A stretch of 62,656 nucleotides of DNA, counting the filler, from Catajapyx aquilonaris (taxonomy: Eukaryota): the NCBI GenBank assembly GCA_000934665.2. It is 4 parts of 4 records of this genome, joined end to end, with 100 filler letters (N's around TTAATTAATTAA, not from the genome) between each part and the next. Parts side by side here need not be neighbours in the genome. Positions count along the whole stretch, not along the records: positions 31,314 to 47,021 come from JYFJ02007467.1; 3 more parts are not named here. One strand, 5' to 3'. Under the pieces are notes generated by a model. It saw only the letters and a list, made by a program, of their open reading frames with translations, did not search any database and was not told where the DNA came from. Both the position numbers and the translations under genes were made by a program. The number at the start of each line of letters is the position of its first letter. The first letter of the stretch is position 1. This document shows, one piece after another, positions 35,356 to 47,121 of the stretch.

Positions 35356-36152
35356 TAGAGTCCGGATTTTTAGGCATGAAAAAAACCCGAAATAGGCACG
35401 AAAAAACCTCAAATAGGCACAAAATTGTTACTTTTTCGGGAGTATGGGGGATAATGTTACATAAAATCTAAAAAGGTAAAATAATTTAATAAGCCTAAAG
35501 TATAAATATAAGGTCACAAACCATAGTAAAAACCGAATAGCAAACAACGTTGTTAGCTATTCGGTTTTTGTGTTTTTGCCCAAGTTTCGTGATTTCCTGT
35601 CAGTTTATCGTTCGATAAACTGACAGGAAATCACGAAACTTGGGCAAAAAACGCAAAGTGCAAACAAGTATCACTTGCTCTGGACTCTACCGCTTATAGC
35701 CAGTTTCCACTTGCACAATACCGTATGATGCCAAAAAAAATTCTAAATTTTCCTTTGCTTGGAACAATCAGAGGAAAACGTAGAAAAATATTTGCCATAC
35801 GCGTCACGGAAACATGATTCGTAGTATTACTTCTAAACGATTTTGGTCCTTTTAGGAGCGCAAAAAATACTCCGCAGAAAACAAACATGCCTCTAAAGGA
35901 ATAGGTCCGGAAGGACCAAAATGTCCCGAAATGGCTCCAAAACGTTTGAAATCTATCCCAAAAAGGCCAAATAGGCATGAAAAGTCGCAAAAAGCCAGAA
36001 TAGGCAAAATAGTTCCCAAAACCACGAAATAAGCCATTTAAGGCACTATAAAGCCTACATTTTCCACACTTATGAAACGGATAGATCTCTTCACAAAACC
36101 ATCCCAACTGCAAAGGAACTAAATAGGATTTTGCCTAAAAATCCGGACTCTA
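35356..36152. mobile_element. hAT-like MITE (TAG...CTA termini)
   Basis: 21-bp perfect TIR TAGAGTCCGGATTTTTAGGCA / TGCCTAAAAATCCGGACTCTA, AAATAGGCA subterminal repeats, partly matching 8-bp flanks GTTACTAG / GTTATAGG. Confidence 0.8.
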
Positions 36153-37544
36153 GTTATAGGCGTTTCTTATGAAAATAATTGATTAGCCTGTGATAGCCCT
36201 GCTGTGGCCTCATAGCGTTCCTCTTGTATGCCCGACTTTATTCATCGACTGCGCTGCGGATGGATTTTGCTGTGGGATGAAATGGGAGAACTCCTAGAAA
36301 CCCCTAAAAAGCACCAGGAATATGTCCAGGAATATGTCAAACAATGGGGCGTTCCGCCCCATTGTTTGACATATTCCTGCGGAAAATACCCGATGATATG
36401 GGTCAGATTTCTCCTAGCGTTTTTACAACCCCGTAGAGAAATTCATGGAAATAAAAAATTACAATTTTGGGTAAAGAATTCTCGACCTGTAATAATATTC
36501 AACTTTCTTTTATGTATGTAATAATGCAAAGTGTTGCGTCCATTTATTGACCGTGTGAGATGCAATCAATACTGTAAAAGGGTCTCATTGCAGGAAGCAT
36601 CAAAATTTCTGAACGTAATGCATATTACGTAGTTTGTCACATATACGCATAAGTTCAAGAAGCTTCCGGAATGCTCAAAGTACTCTTGTGGCCAGGAGAT
36701 AATGCACCTGGCCAGCAACATGCACTTTGTCTTCAGTGCATGTGAAGTTACGCGACTTTGTCCGAATTAGGAAGAAGAATGGGACATACCACACCAAAGG
36801 CGGTCCTAATCAAGCAAGCGTCTAATGCATCCTTACAGCTAATTGTAGCCACCCAAAGGAAGTCAATTAGCCTCAGTAGTAATTGGCCAGCCAGCTTGAC
36901 AGCTAGGAAATTCGCCCCCTTATACAAGGTAGGACTTGTCATCCTGCTGTATACAGTGTAGTAATCTCTCGAGAAGCAATTTGACGAAGAAAACAAGTGC
37001 AATTCACCTAAGTGTACTTCAGAGAATGGCCTGAGTCTTGTTACTATACCGTATAGGACTATAGGTTATACAAACATGTGAAATACAAATTCCTTAAACA
37101 ATGCGGCTCATATTACTGCTGAGTACCCCTACTTCTCCAAAAGAGTTGTACGAACTTCTCATCATGTTACGCAATCATTACGTATATAGCGAATGGAAAT
37201 AACAGCCATGTCCTCAGGCAATTTTTTTGTTTGGTTATAACTTATAACATTAAGTTACATGTGCATTTTTTTACATGCCTGAAGTGCACACTTGTATAAT
37301 TGTGCAATATTTATAGGAAGTAGCCTAGTTATTTTTTACTTGACTGGCATATAGCGACTAAAGTAAGCATCCCAAACTTTGAAGTGTACACCGTTACTTC
37401 ATCCGGGGAAATGCGAATGTTTACATACTAAAAGGTCGATGGCATTAGCGTGTGCTTTTTTCATTAGGATACTGACACTCGAGTACTGGTACTTATTAAA
37501 AGCTCATTTATATATAACAAAATAATAATTCACAATAAGAGATA

Positions 37545-37546
<2 letters not shown>

Positions 37547-37605
<59 letters not shown>

Positions 37606-37624
37606 GTTATTATTATTATTATTA
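37547..37624. repeat. (ATT)n microsatellite
   Basis: Direct inspection. Confidence 0.95.
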
Positions 37625-40600
37625 GCTTAGTTTAATCACTCGTTTCGTACAATTTGAGAATCGTAAATATTATAGCTATTCTATGCGAATTATTGCAGGT
37701 TACCGACGCGGCGCTCCACAGACAGCCGGAATGTCTATTCCCTGTGGGGCCTTTGTTCTGTTTGCGTACCACTACACGGGTCGGGCAATAGCGGAGAATT
37801 ATTCACAGTGCATATTTCTTGATGTCAGTGTCTTGTAGGCTTAATTGTTTTAAACTCGCAACTTATTCACCTCCCAACCATCAATCAGCGTCCACGCAAT
37901 TTAATTCCTCTCCCCATAGGGCAGAAAAGCTCTAAAATTACACCCTCTTCTAGAGGTAAACCAGCACACGCACAGAAAGAAAGGATAGTAGACACTATAA
38001 ATTATTGCAACAAAATGCACCATTTATGAAAAAAAATATTTATCACACTGATATTTGTGCGTAATAAATATTATTTATAATTATATTCAGAAAGATTATG
38101 CATGTTGTGTATAACCCGATATTAGTAAGTTATCTATTTCACTCATCGCCTCTCATCACAATATACCTACTGTAAGTCGAAGCCCCATCGCATCTTCAAA
38201 GTAATTATGAATATATTTTTTTGCATTTTTGTTTTTACGTCGTGAACCACGTAACGGAAGTTCGCTATTAAAATACAGACCACTAACCATAAAATACACC
38301 TGAAAAACCATGCATTAACCTACCTGGCTTGGGGACAACAAAAATCGGCGTGTGAATAAAAAAACCGTAATCCCATCAGCCTTGAGCAAACCAAGTCACT
38401 GCAAACACGGAATTTACCACCACACAATCACCGACAAAAGCTCGACACAAAACAAGAATCTCCCCCTCACCATGCAATGAACCCCATCCATTCAGCTCCA
38501 GGTCGAGTAGCCTATGACCATCCGAGTCCAGGCAATTGAATCCCGCTCCCCATAGAGCAATTATACGTTTCCAAACTGGGGAGCATGCACTTGAATGATT
38601 TCTCGCTTTCCAACAATTGACGCTCTGATCCCATCCACCCCCNCCCCCCCCCCCCCCCCCCCAAGCACCGACAGTTAGTTGCCGAGTTTACCGTCCCCAA
38701 TTTACGTCCACCCACATCGCTAATCAGGCGTGGGCGATACTGCCAATTCCCACACATGATCAATAGCGCGACGGGTAAATCGGTTCGGAATTAACGTGAA
38801 TTGCAAATGAGGGCTGTCAGTTAGTGTAAGACAAGCACGGCGTGTCTGTGCAGGAATTTTCATGCTGGTGGTGGATTTGAATTTGATTTGATCTCCGGAC
38901 TGCCATACACAGTTTTCTGTACTTTCATCTTTGCCAATAAGAGATCTTGAAACACTTGAATACTCTTTTTGGTAGTTGTAGGCTATCAGAAAACGGGTGC
39001 AAATTGTGCCCCGCCCAATATTAAAGAGTTTAATCATGTATGAGCTACTGTATACATACGCGTTTGGTCAGTTTGCTGTCTCCAATCGATGAACCTACTT
39101 CCGTTAGCTTATTGCAAAAAAAAAAAAAGATCCGCTGACATACTTTAGGTGTGCAAATTAATATGCATATAATATGCTGCTTTAAAACATTTGTTATTGA
39201 TGGGTCAAATAAATGGAGTTTCATCAAGGCATTCAATAACTTTGCTCGTTGCACATTCATCGACTATTGAACCCTACAAGCAACAGGTAATGACATCAAC
39301 TCGTATAGTCATCCCGGGAAAATCAAAATTGAATCTATAGAGGTTTCCGCAAATATATGCGAGACTACGATAATGCCAGAAATGGCGATAGATGTGATAA
39401 AGCCGATTGAGCTTACCGTGGTCCAGGCGACTGGTGACATGCTGCGTTGAGCTGTGGCCGCCTTCTGTGCGGCACTGAGCCCAGGTTCTGAATGGGAGCA
39501 GACTGCTCCAGTCCTCTCCATTTGTTCAGGACGTTCTGCGCCTGTCTTTTGGACATGGCGCCAACACCCTCACCCGCCCCACTTGCCAGGCCAAAAGGCA
39601 TTTTCCCACCACGTCTTGCGTGTTTAATCACACCCATGTCACACCTCATCTCACCTGAAGAATGATATGTGATGTGAGCAAGATGTGTTGCATCATGTGG
39701 GTAGACACTTCCATGTGGTGTAAATTCATAGGATGCACTGCCCAATACTACTAGTCAGATGCAGATGTTTTCACCGGGTGACACATGATGCATCTGACTA
39801 GTAGTATTGTATGATACAGTATCGTATTACAGAGTGGAGGTTGGCATTCATCCTGACAAGTATGCAACCCATGCTCCTCTCTTGTATTACCGGACGACAC
39901 TGGCAGGCGTCATACCTCTGAGAATGAGTGTATCAAGAGCGACAGCCGAGTTTAATGTAACCTCATGTTAACTAGATCACGGCTCTCAAACATTCGCCAT
40001 CTCGTAATCCCATATTGTTATCTGTAGGTGTCACACAAATGTGACGTACTACGAGTATACTTGTAATATACGTCATTGGCTCTATCCTTTGTGCCAAAAC
40101 ATCTAAGAAATGCGGCAATTAGAGAACAGTAGTCAAGAAATACGTCTCATGCAAGAAAGATAGGAAATATCTCATGTTAATTAATAAAATAATGCATATA
40201 TGTTAAAGTTAATGTACCTATTAAAAGAAAGTCTCTTTGTAAATTATGATCCCCCGAAACCTGATGATGTTCCTTTGACAGGAGGTCAGCTTTTGTTAGA
40301 GCCGCCTGCTTTTTTTTTTTTTTTTTGACACCTCTGGTGTTTTTGATTTGATGCCACATTAGAGACACGCACCGCTTCCTCCACCTCCGTGGCGGATATT
40401 CGAAATGCGCAATCATGCTTTACAAAACCCGCGCTTGTAAGGCTCATGATCGCGTCAATACCATTTTCGAGAGATCTAGATAGACTATAGAATACTTCTT
40501 TTGGCTTCCAAGCGAAGTTCAAACGTCGGTCTGCCACTAAGGTGCGCTCAAACTACAGTCCACAGGACATTCAACACGCCTATTTAGGCTCACTTATTTG

Positions 40601-41383
40601 AAGCACATTATTATGATCATTAATAAAATACTATTATTGTGAAAATGAAAGACCACTATATGTTAATAAACTAATTAATATAATTATACGCCTTATATTA
40701 GGCGCACAAGAATAACACAGAAGAACAGCAATATTGATGTAAATAATTATGAATCATTCCATTATTTCCACCATAGTATTACGAGTATATATAAAGCCTG
40801 GTTTTTCTAGCAGAATCAATGAGTATACCGCCTGTGTCCTGTGCCCCTGATTCACCACCTTTTGTGAATGCAAGGAAATAGGGCATACTCTAATTTAATA
40901 CGTCTTTTCCATGTCTTTTGTCCTGCACACTACATATTAATGAAACTATCCGCAAAAAATCAAAATTAGCTCACCCAAAAATGATATAGGAAGAAAAATT
41001 CGTAATTTTCTGAACAGAGCACATGTATGCCTCAACCTTGTGTTGCAAATCTTGCGAGTAGGTAGCTTAAATCAGTGACAGATGCGAAAATCACCCCCGC
41101 TCCAGTGTTCTTTGCCTTCCTGCACGTGGGAAAGGGAGCTGAGTAATCAAAAGCAGCCTATTTTTCTACGGAGGGGCCAAGACATTGTCTGTTAAAGCCG
41201 ACGTGAGATGAAAATGAGTCTGTTATGTCAGGAGTAAAAATACACAAGGGCCTTATGGAATGCTGGGGCAGGCCATTCGAGTCTGTTACAACCGGATTCA
41301 ACTGCATTAACAAGTTATGTAATATATTATTCTCTGAACTCATCAAGCGTGCGTTTTCGGAAAGAAATGTGCATCCGAGTTAA

Positions 41384-41798
41384 AGGGACACTCCACTCAA
41401 AATACAAGTTGGGTTCTAAAAATCGGGCAAAAAATCCTGATTCCGAGGGTATAAGCAGTTTTTCTTAGAGACGAACGGTAAGGCCAGTGTGAAAGCTGGA
41501 AGTGTGTCGTTCGAAAACCGCGCGCGGGGCAGGTGGCGACGCCACCAGAGTGGAACCGGGCGGAACTAGACCATGCTCGCCTGGCGCGGCATGGTGTTTA
41601 CTGAGCACACTATACTTCTCCAGTTTGCCGCGGGATGGTGTTGTATCGCCCTTCTTAGCAGACGACGCGAGACGACGTGTGTAGATATATGATTTTCCGT
41701 GTTCCGTTGGGCGTAGAAAAAAAACGATTGCACATTCGGAATCAGGATTTTTTGCCCGATTTTTGGGGGCCAACTAGTATTTTGAGTGGAGTGATCCT
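41384..41798. mobile_element. Kolobok-like non-autonomous element (TTAA TSD, AGG...CCT ends)
   Basis: TTAA|AGGGACACTCCACTCAAAATAC...AAAATCGGGCAAAAAATCCTGATTCCGA matches TCGGAATCAGGATTTTTTGCCCGATTTT...GTATTTTGAGTGGAGTGATCCT|TTAA. Confidence 0.85.
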
Positions 41799-42261
41799 TT
41801 AAGCGTCGATGTTATTTCTTTGGAGTTGTAGTCAGTATTTTTGTCATGTTCTGTTGTGCCCTTGCTTTGGTAACCACGTTTGTTCTCCCTTCCCAGCAAT
41901 TATATTTGGCTACTTTTTTATCACAAATAAATAAAAAAATTGGCACGATGCTCCCTTTTCACAACTTCAAGAACTTTGACGTATCAGGTCCAGCAACTGT
42001 CTGTCGGATTTAATACGGTACATTACTTAATTTCGTTAAATGCTGGCTGCTGCACACCCTTATTGGGCCACAACAGGTCTTGCTCATGTGACATGTTCGA
42101 AGCCATCACTCCCATGAGTCTACAGAACATTTACACTCCCTCTGAGCTCTGACTTAGCTCACTATACAGTACTAGTAGGGGATCCGTTCTTCGCACTGGC
42201 CACTGGGAATGATAAATGAAAGAAATTTGTAAAACCTGCACATACTGTACAAGGTGCGATA

Positions 42262-42463
42262 CCTGTTCTTCGCACAGGAAAAAAAGCGTTCAGATTTATA
42301 CAGAGATCTATCCCAGCATTATTATTATTATTCAAGAACACACCAGAATATTTACATCCTTCCATTGCTTGCATATGCAAGGGAATGAGCAATTGCTTTT
42401 AATAATGCCTGATTGCCTGGAAAGATCTCTGTATAAATCTGAATTCCCCGTGCGAAGAACCGG
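42262..42463. mobile_element. Small TA-flanked MITE
   Basis: TA|CCTGTTCTTCGCAC...TTCAGATTTATACAGAGATCT matches AGATCTCTGTATAAATCTGAA...GTGCGAAGAACCGG|TA. Confidence 0.7.
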
Positions 42464-43382
42464 TATCTCAGCTAGTTGGCCATAAGTGTGGTCCGCACCG
42501 GATAATCGGGAGTACAGTGTATGCCTTTGTTTTCTAATTTAAGCAACACGCACATTTGGAAGCAAGCTTCATCAACATGAGTGGCCCATTTTGGCTTTGC
42601 CCTACTACAATATAAGTCAAAAGTGAAAATTCCCTCCAAGGATGAAGACGTAAGCTGAAAACAAGGAGTTTGGGGAGTAAGAGAATGTCAAGTGAAGAAT
42701 GTTAGACAGGTATTTATTTCCTCACCAGTTGGCCCCTCCTCAATCCCCCCCTGCTGGCATTTTCATGGCTGCTGGGATTCGCAGCAATTTTCAGTGGCAA
42801 CTCCCTCCGAAGCAGCAGAGGATGCAGGTAGGAGGAAGCAAGGGGGTGAGGAGGATATTTGAAATTCACACCCTTTACTCGTACGCTAATCATGACTAAC
42901 CACACTCCTTGCTACTTTGGACAGCTAAATGTACTCTACACATCAAACCCACTTTTCCAGACTACACTACCTGCAACCAAGGCTAATACTCAAGGTTGCT
43001 TGTCATTGATTAAAAAATCCGGTACCAATATATCAAGTGGATACATCTTCCGAATAACTTTGCTCATCACACTGAACTTGTGAAAATTAATTTAAAACAT
43101 GATCGTCCTTAGTTCCTAAGTTGGTACCCTCCACGCCCTTCCAAATATAAAAGTACAAATATTTTCCTACCCTTCGATATAACTTCCTAGTCTCATCCCT
43201 CTACAGGGTGGGCCAGACTCAATTAGGCAATATTTGATCATTAATTAATCAATAACCAATTCAACAAAAGGTGCCTTACATTACAAAATGGTAAGGCCTT
43301 GGGTAGCCTAAGGCATACGTAGATTATCAAAATATGTTATTAATTAATTAATTTATAGCAGCAAACCCCTGTGTAGTGTCTG

Positions 43383-45551
43383 GTACTATTGACCGCAAAA
43401 GTAATGTCGCGACTGTTTATGTGATTTTGTGTTTATGTGTTGGTAATCCTGGGCGCTGCCAGGTTACGGACATGTTTATTTGGCGATGTTCCGGAATCCA
43501 CAGCACTCTACTCACCGGTCACGGCCGCGGTCCCTTGGCCGCACTGTCCCGCAAGTGGCCGCGCTGTCCGGGTCGCTGTTTGAGAGCGCCGCTACTTAAT
43601 CGTGCAACTTATTTCTAGTTGGGTAATTCCATGTGAGATCATACAACAATGTTCACCAGACCTTTTTTTTTATTTAGAAAATCGCAATTTGGCACTTAGG
43701 ATCGTATTTTGTCAAGATCACAGGGACATATTTATAGGTCACGAGAAATGACGAGGTCAAAATGGGAACTTTTCTATTCTGATGTTTACAATTTAAACCG
43801 ATAATTTCTCTAATTATGCGTCCCACATACATGTTAAATGGGGCTTAATATTCTACAAGGTAACGTCGAACCGGCAGATAACCTCCAAAAAAATTCTGCG
43901 ATTAAATTTACGTGTCATTTTGGCAGGTCATATCCCTTCAGTGGTGCAAGTTTCATTTTTGCCTTCGTATTAGGGTCCGAGATATAAAATACAGTAAATA
44001 AGGTGGCCAGGTGCGTCTGGGTCATTCTATAACAAGGCGGCCAAGTTGGTGGCTCGACCATCTCAGAATGTATTGTTGTAACCCCATTATATTATACGTA
44101 AGTTATATCAAATGAACGGGCGTGAGATGAGGCTGGAACATTTTGGAAGCAACCGTTTTAACCTAGAGCGTAAAATGGAAATACTAAAAAAATCCCATTG
44201 TTGTGCAAAAAGGGCACATTTCAGGTCTTCCAATGAAATTGTTACCCGTATGCTGAGAGTATGAAATTAATGTGGTGAGTACATGGTCATCTACTCGTTA
44301 CCCCTGGAGAAGGACAACATCACAAGTCTAGCAGTCTTGGAAATAATAAATCCTGAAATGTCCTTTTTCCATCATTTGGTCATCTTGGTGCTGAATTTAG
44401 AGATTTTCTGCTGGTGATGCGCTCAGGGGAACTGAACCTTTCTTAAATAGATAAGGTCAAGCATGACGTGACGCTTATTTTAACACGTGTAATTTAAAAT
44501 TTGCCCAGTGTCACATAAGAGGGGGGGGGGATGACCCAATGATGGAAAAACGGACATTTCAGGATTGGGAATTTTTTAGTATTTCCATTTTACGCTCTAG
44601 GTTAAAACGGTTGCTTCCAAAATGTTCCTCATCTCACGGCTGTTCATTTGATATGCGTATAATAGAATGAGGTTACAACAATACATTCTGAGATGGCCGA
44701 GCCACCAACTTGGCCACCTTGTCATAGAATGACCCAGTCGGCCACCTTATTTATTTTATGTCTCGGACCCTATAACGAACACAACTATGCAAATGTATAC
44801 GACTGAAAGGTTATGAGTAGCGGATTACTCCCAAAAACTTCGTAAAATTCGACTCTGTGCGGGTCGTCACGTCAAGGGTCACGCAATTTCGTAATGTTGC
44901 GCGCAAAAGGGCAGAAGTGGCGCATCCTTATTTACTGTATTTTATATCTCGGACCCTCATACGAGGGCAAAAATGAAACTTGCATCACTGAAGAGATATG
45001 AAGTACCAAAATGACACGTTATTTTAATAGTATAATTTTTTGGAGGTTATCTGCGGATACGGCGTTACCGGTACCTTGTAGAATATTAAGCCCCATTTTT
45101 CATGTGTGTGGGACTCATAATTAGAGAAATTATCGGTTTAAATTGTAAACATCAGAATACAAAAGTTCCCATTTTGACCTCGTCATTTCTCGTGACCTAT
45201 AAATATGTCCCTGTGATCTTGACAAAATACGATGCTAAGTGCCAAATTGCGATTTTCTAAAAAAAAAAAAAAGTCTGGTGAACATAGTTGTATGATCTCA
45301 CATGAAATTACCCAACTAGAAATAAGTTGCACGAATAAGTAGCGGCGCTCTCAAACAGCGACCCGGACAGTGCGGCCACTTGCGGGACAGTGCGGCCAAG
45401 GGACCGCGGCCGTGACCGGTGAGCAGAGTGTTGTGGATTCCGGAACATCGCCAAATAAACATGTCCGTAACCTGGCAGCGCCCAGGATTACCAACACATA
45501 AACACAAAAGCACATAAACAGTCGCGACATTACTTTTGCGGTCAATAGTAC
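43383..45551. mobile_element. 2.17-kb foldback element with very long inverted arms (GTACTAT terminus)
   Basis: GTACTATTGACCGCAAAAGTAATGTCGCGAC matches GTCGCGACATTACTTTTGCGGTCAATAGTAC. Inverted similarity continues for about 800 bp. ORFs 43376-43618(+) and 45316-45585(-) are near-identical mirror translations. Confidence 0.93.
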
Positions 45552-45689
45552 ATATGTTGAACCTGGTGTCAGTCAACGTACACACAGAAGTGATCGAAAG
45601 CGGAGGGATAATTGGACAGCGTTATGCAATAATGGGTCAACCCACAAAAATATCAAAATTGAGCCAAGCCCAGGAACATAAACCTAAAG

Positions 45690-45900
45690 CAGAGTTTCTT
45701 AACCTTTTCAGGCCTCTGCACCCCTTTGTAAACAATATATTGGTCCTTGTCGCACCCCCTTTACCAGGGGTGATTGATTACGTTCATCGTTAGACCCGTT
45801 TATATTAACTCTTGTTTAGAGGTGCACCTTGCTCGCACCCCCAGGGAAGCCACCTCGCACCCCCTGGAGGTGCGGGCACCCCAGGCTAAGCAAACCTCCT
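45690..45900. mobile_element. Degenerate hAT/Charlie-like MITE
   Basis: CAGAGTTTCTTAACC start, GCACCCC repeats and a degenerate GGCTAAGCAAACC end. Confidence 0.5.
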
Positions 45901-45912
45901 AGGTGTGGGGAT

Positions 45913-46100
45913 CTACTTTTTGCTGAAACTTTCAGGAATGATTAAGACTAGCTTCAGGATCACTCTGGCATAGTCCAAACCTCTGTAAAATTCCCAGAAT
46001 CGTCAGAAATTAACTCCAAACCTAATAATTGTGGGAAGCTACTTTTTGCTGAAACTTTCAGGAATGATTAAGACTAGCTTCAGGATCACTCTAGCATAGT
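45913..46100. repeat. Direct repeat of about 62 bp, 126 bp apart
   Basis: CTACTTTTTGCTGAAACTTTCAGGAATGATTAAGACTAGCTTCAGGATCACTCT at 45913 and 46039. Confidence 0.9.
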
Positions 46101-46798
46101 AAAAACCGCTATAAAATTCGCAGTAGCCCCAGAGATTGCGTCGAAAGTCCGGGCGTACGATTGGGTCTGCCGCCCAAACTGACACTTGCAATCGCATATA
46201 TGAAAAGGTGAACCCAAATTCCCTCTCCGTGAAGCCTAACAGCAAGACCTCTACTGGCTGGTTCCATTTCAATCCAGACGGTGGGTGCCCAGTCATGGTC
46301 TTCGATTTTAAAAAAAAATATATATGTGAAACCCACATCCAATTGAACCCTTATGGAGCAATCAGTTTTACGAGATTAAATTTAGTTATCGAGATATTAT
46401 TATTTCTTTCAAGGGGTACCAAAATAACCTTCACGGGAAGTGCACTTTTTCCTTTGCTTTCAATGAGTATATCTCGGGAACTGTTCTGAAAACCAACATG
46501 AAATTTTAAACTCATGCTTTTGGAAGAACACGCTGTCATGTAATGCATAAATTTACCTTATTTAAAAAATCTCCAACATTGCATATTTTGGTCAAAATTC
46601 GCATATTTCGCAATTTATTACGGCGTTATGGTAAACGTGACGGTTATGCCGATTATATTTTGTGATGTACTCGGTGACCCCTTCAAGGTCATGCAATAAA
46701 ACCTTTGCTAGCTCCGCGTGTCGTTGAGATATGCGAGGTGAAAATATGGCAACAGGCGAAAACACGCATATTTCAAAAATTATTTTCTCAAAAAAGCA

Positions 46799-46830
<32 letters not shown>

Positions 46831-47021
46831 ACACGGACAGACCGGTTTTAAAATGAGGTAGTGTCAAAACCCGGTGCATACCTTCTGTAAGTGAGATACA
46901 AATTTTTTTCAGATGACAAATTTTGTCATTGTGCTACAATATAAATATTTTCTCGAAGAAGCAATTTTAAATATTTAATCGTTATTTTTTGTATGACAAA
47001 GTAGCATGAGTTCTATTATAA

Positions 47022-47121
47022 NNNNNNNNNNNNNNNNNNNNNNNNNNNNNNNNNNNNNNNNNNNNTTAATTAATTAANNNNNNNNNNNNNNNNNNNNNNN
47101 NNNNNNNNNNNNNNNNNNNNN
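47022..47121. other. Artificial contig spacer
   Basis: N44-TTAATTAATTAA-N44. Confidence 0.97.

Noticed and set aside
39309..39745. Minus-strand ORFs with a CG|GTAAGC donor near 39416
   Set aside because: No recognisable protein, clear start or acceptor; cannot be supported as an exon.
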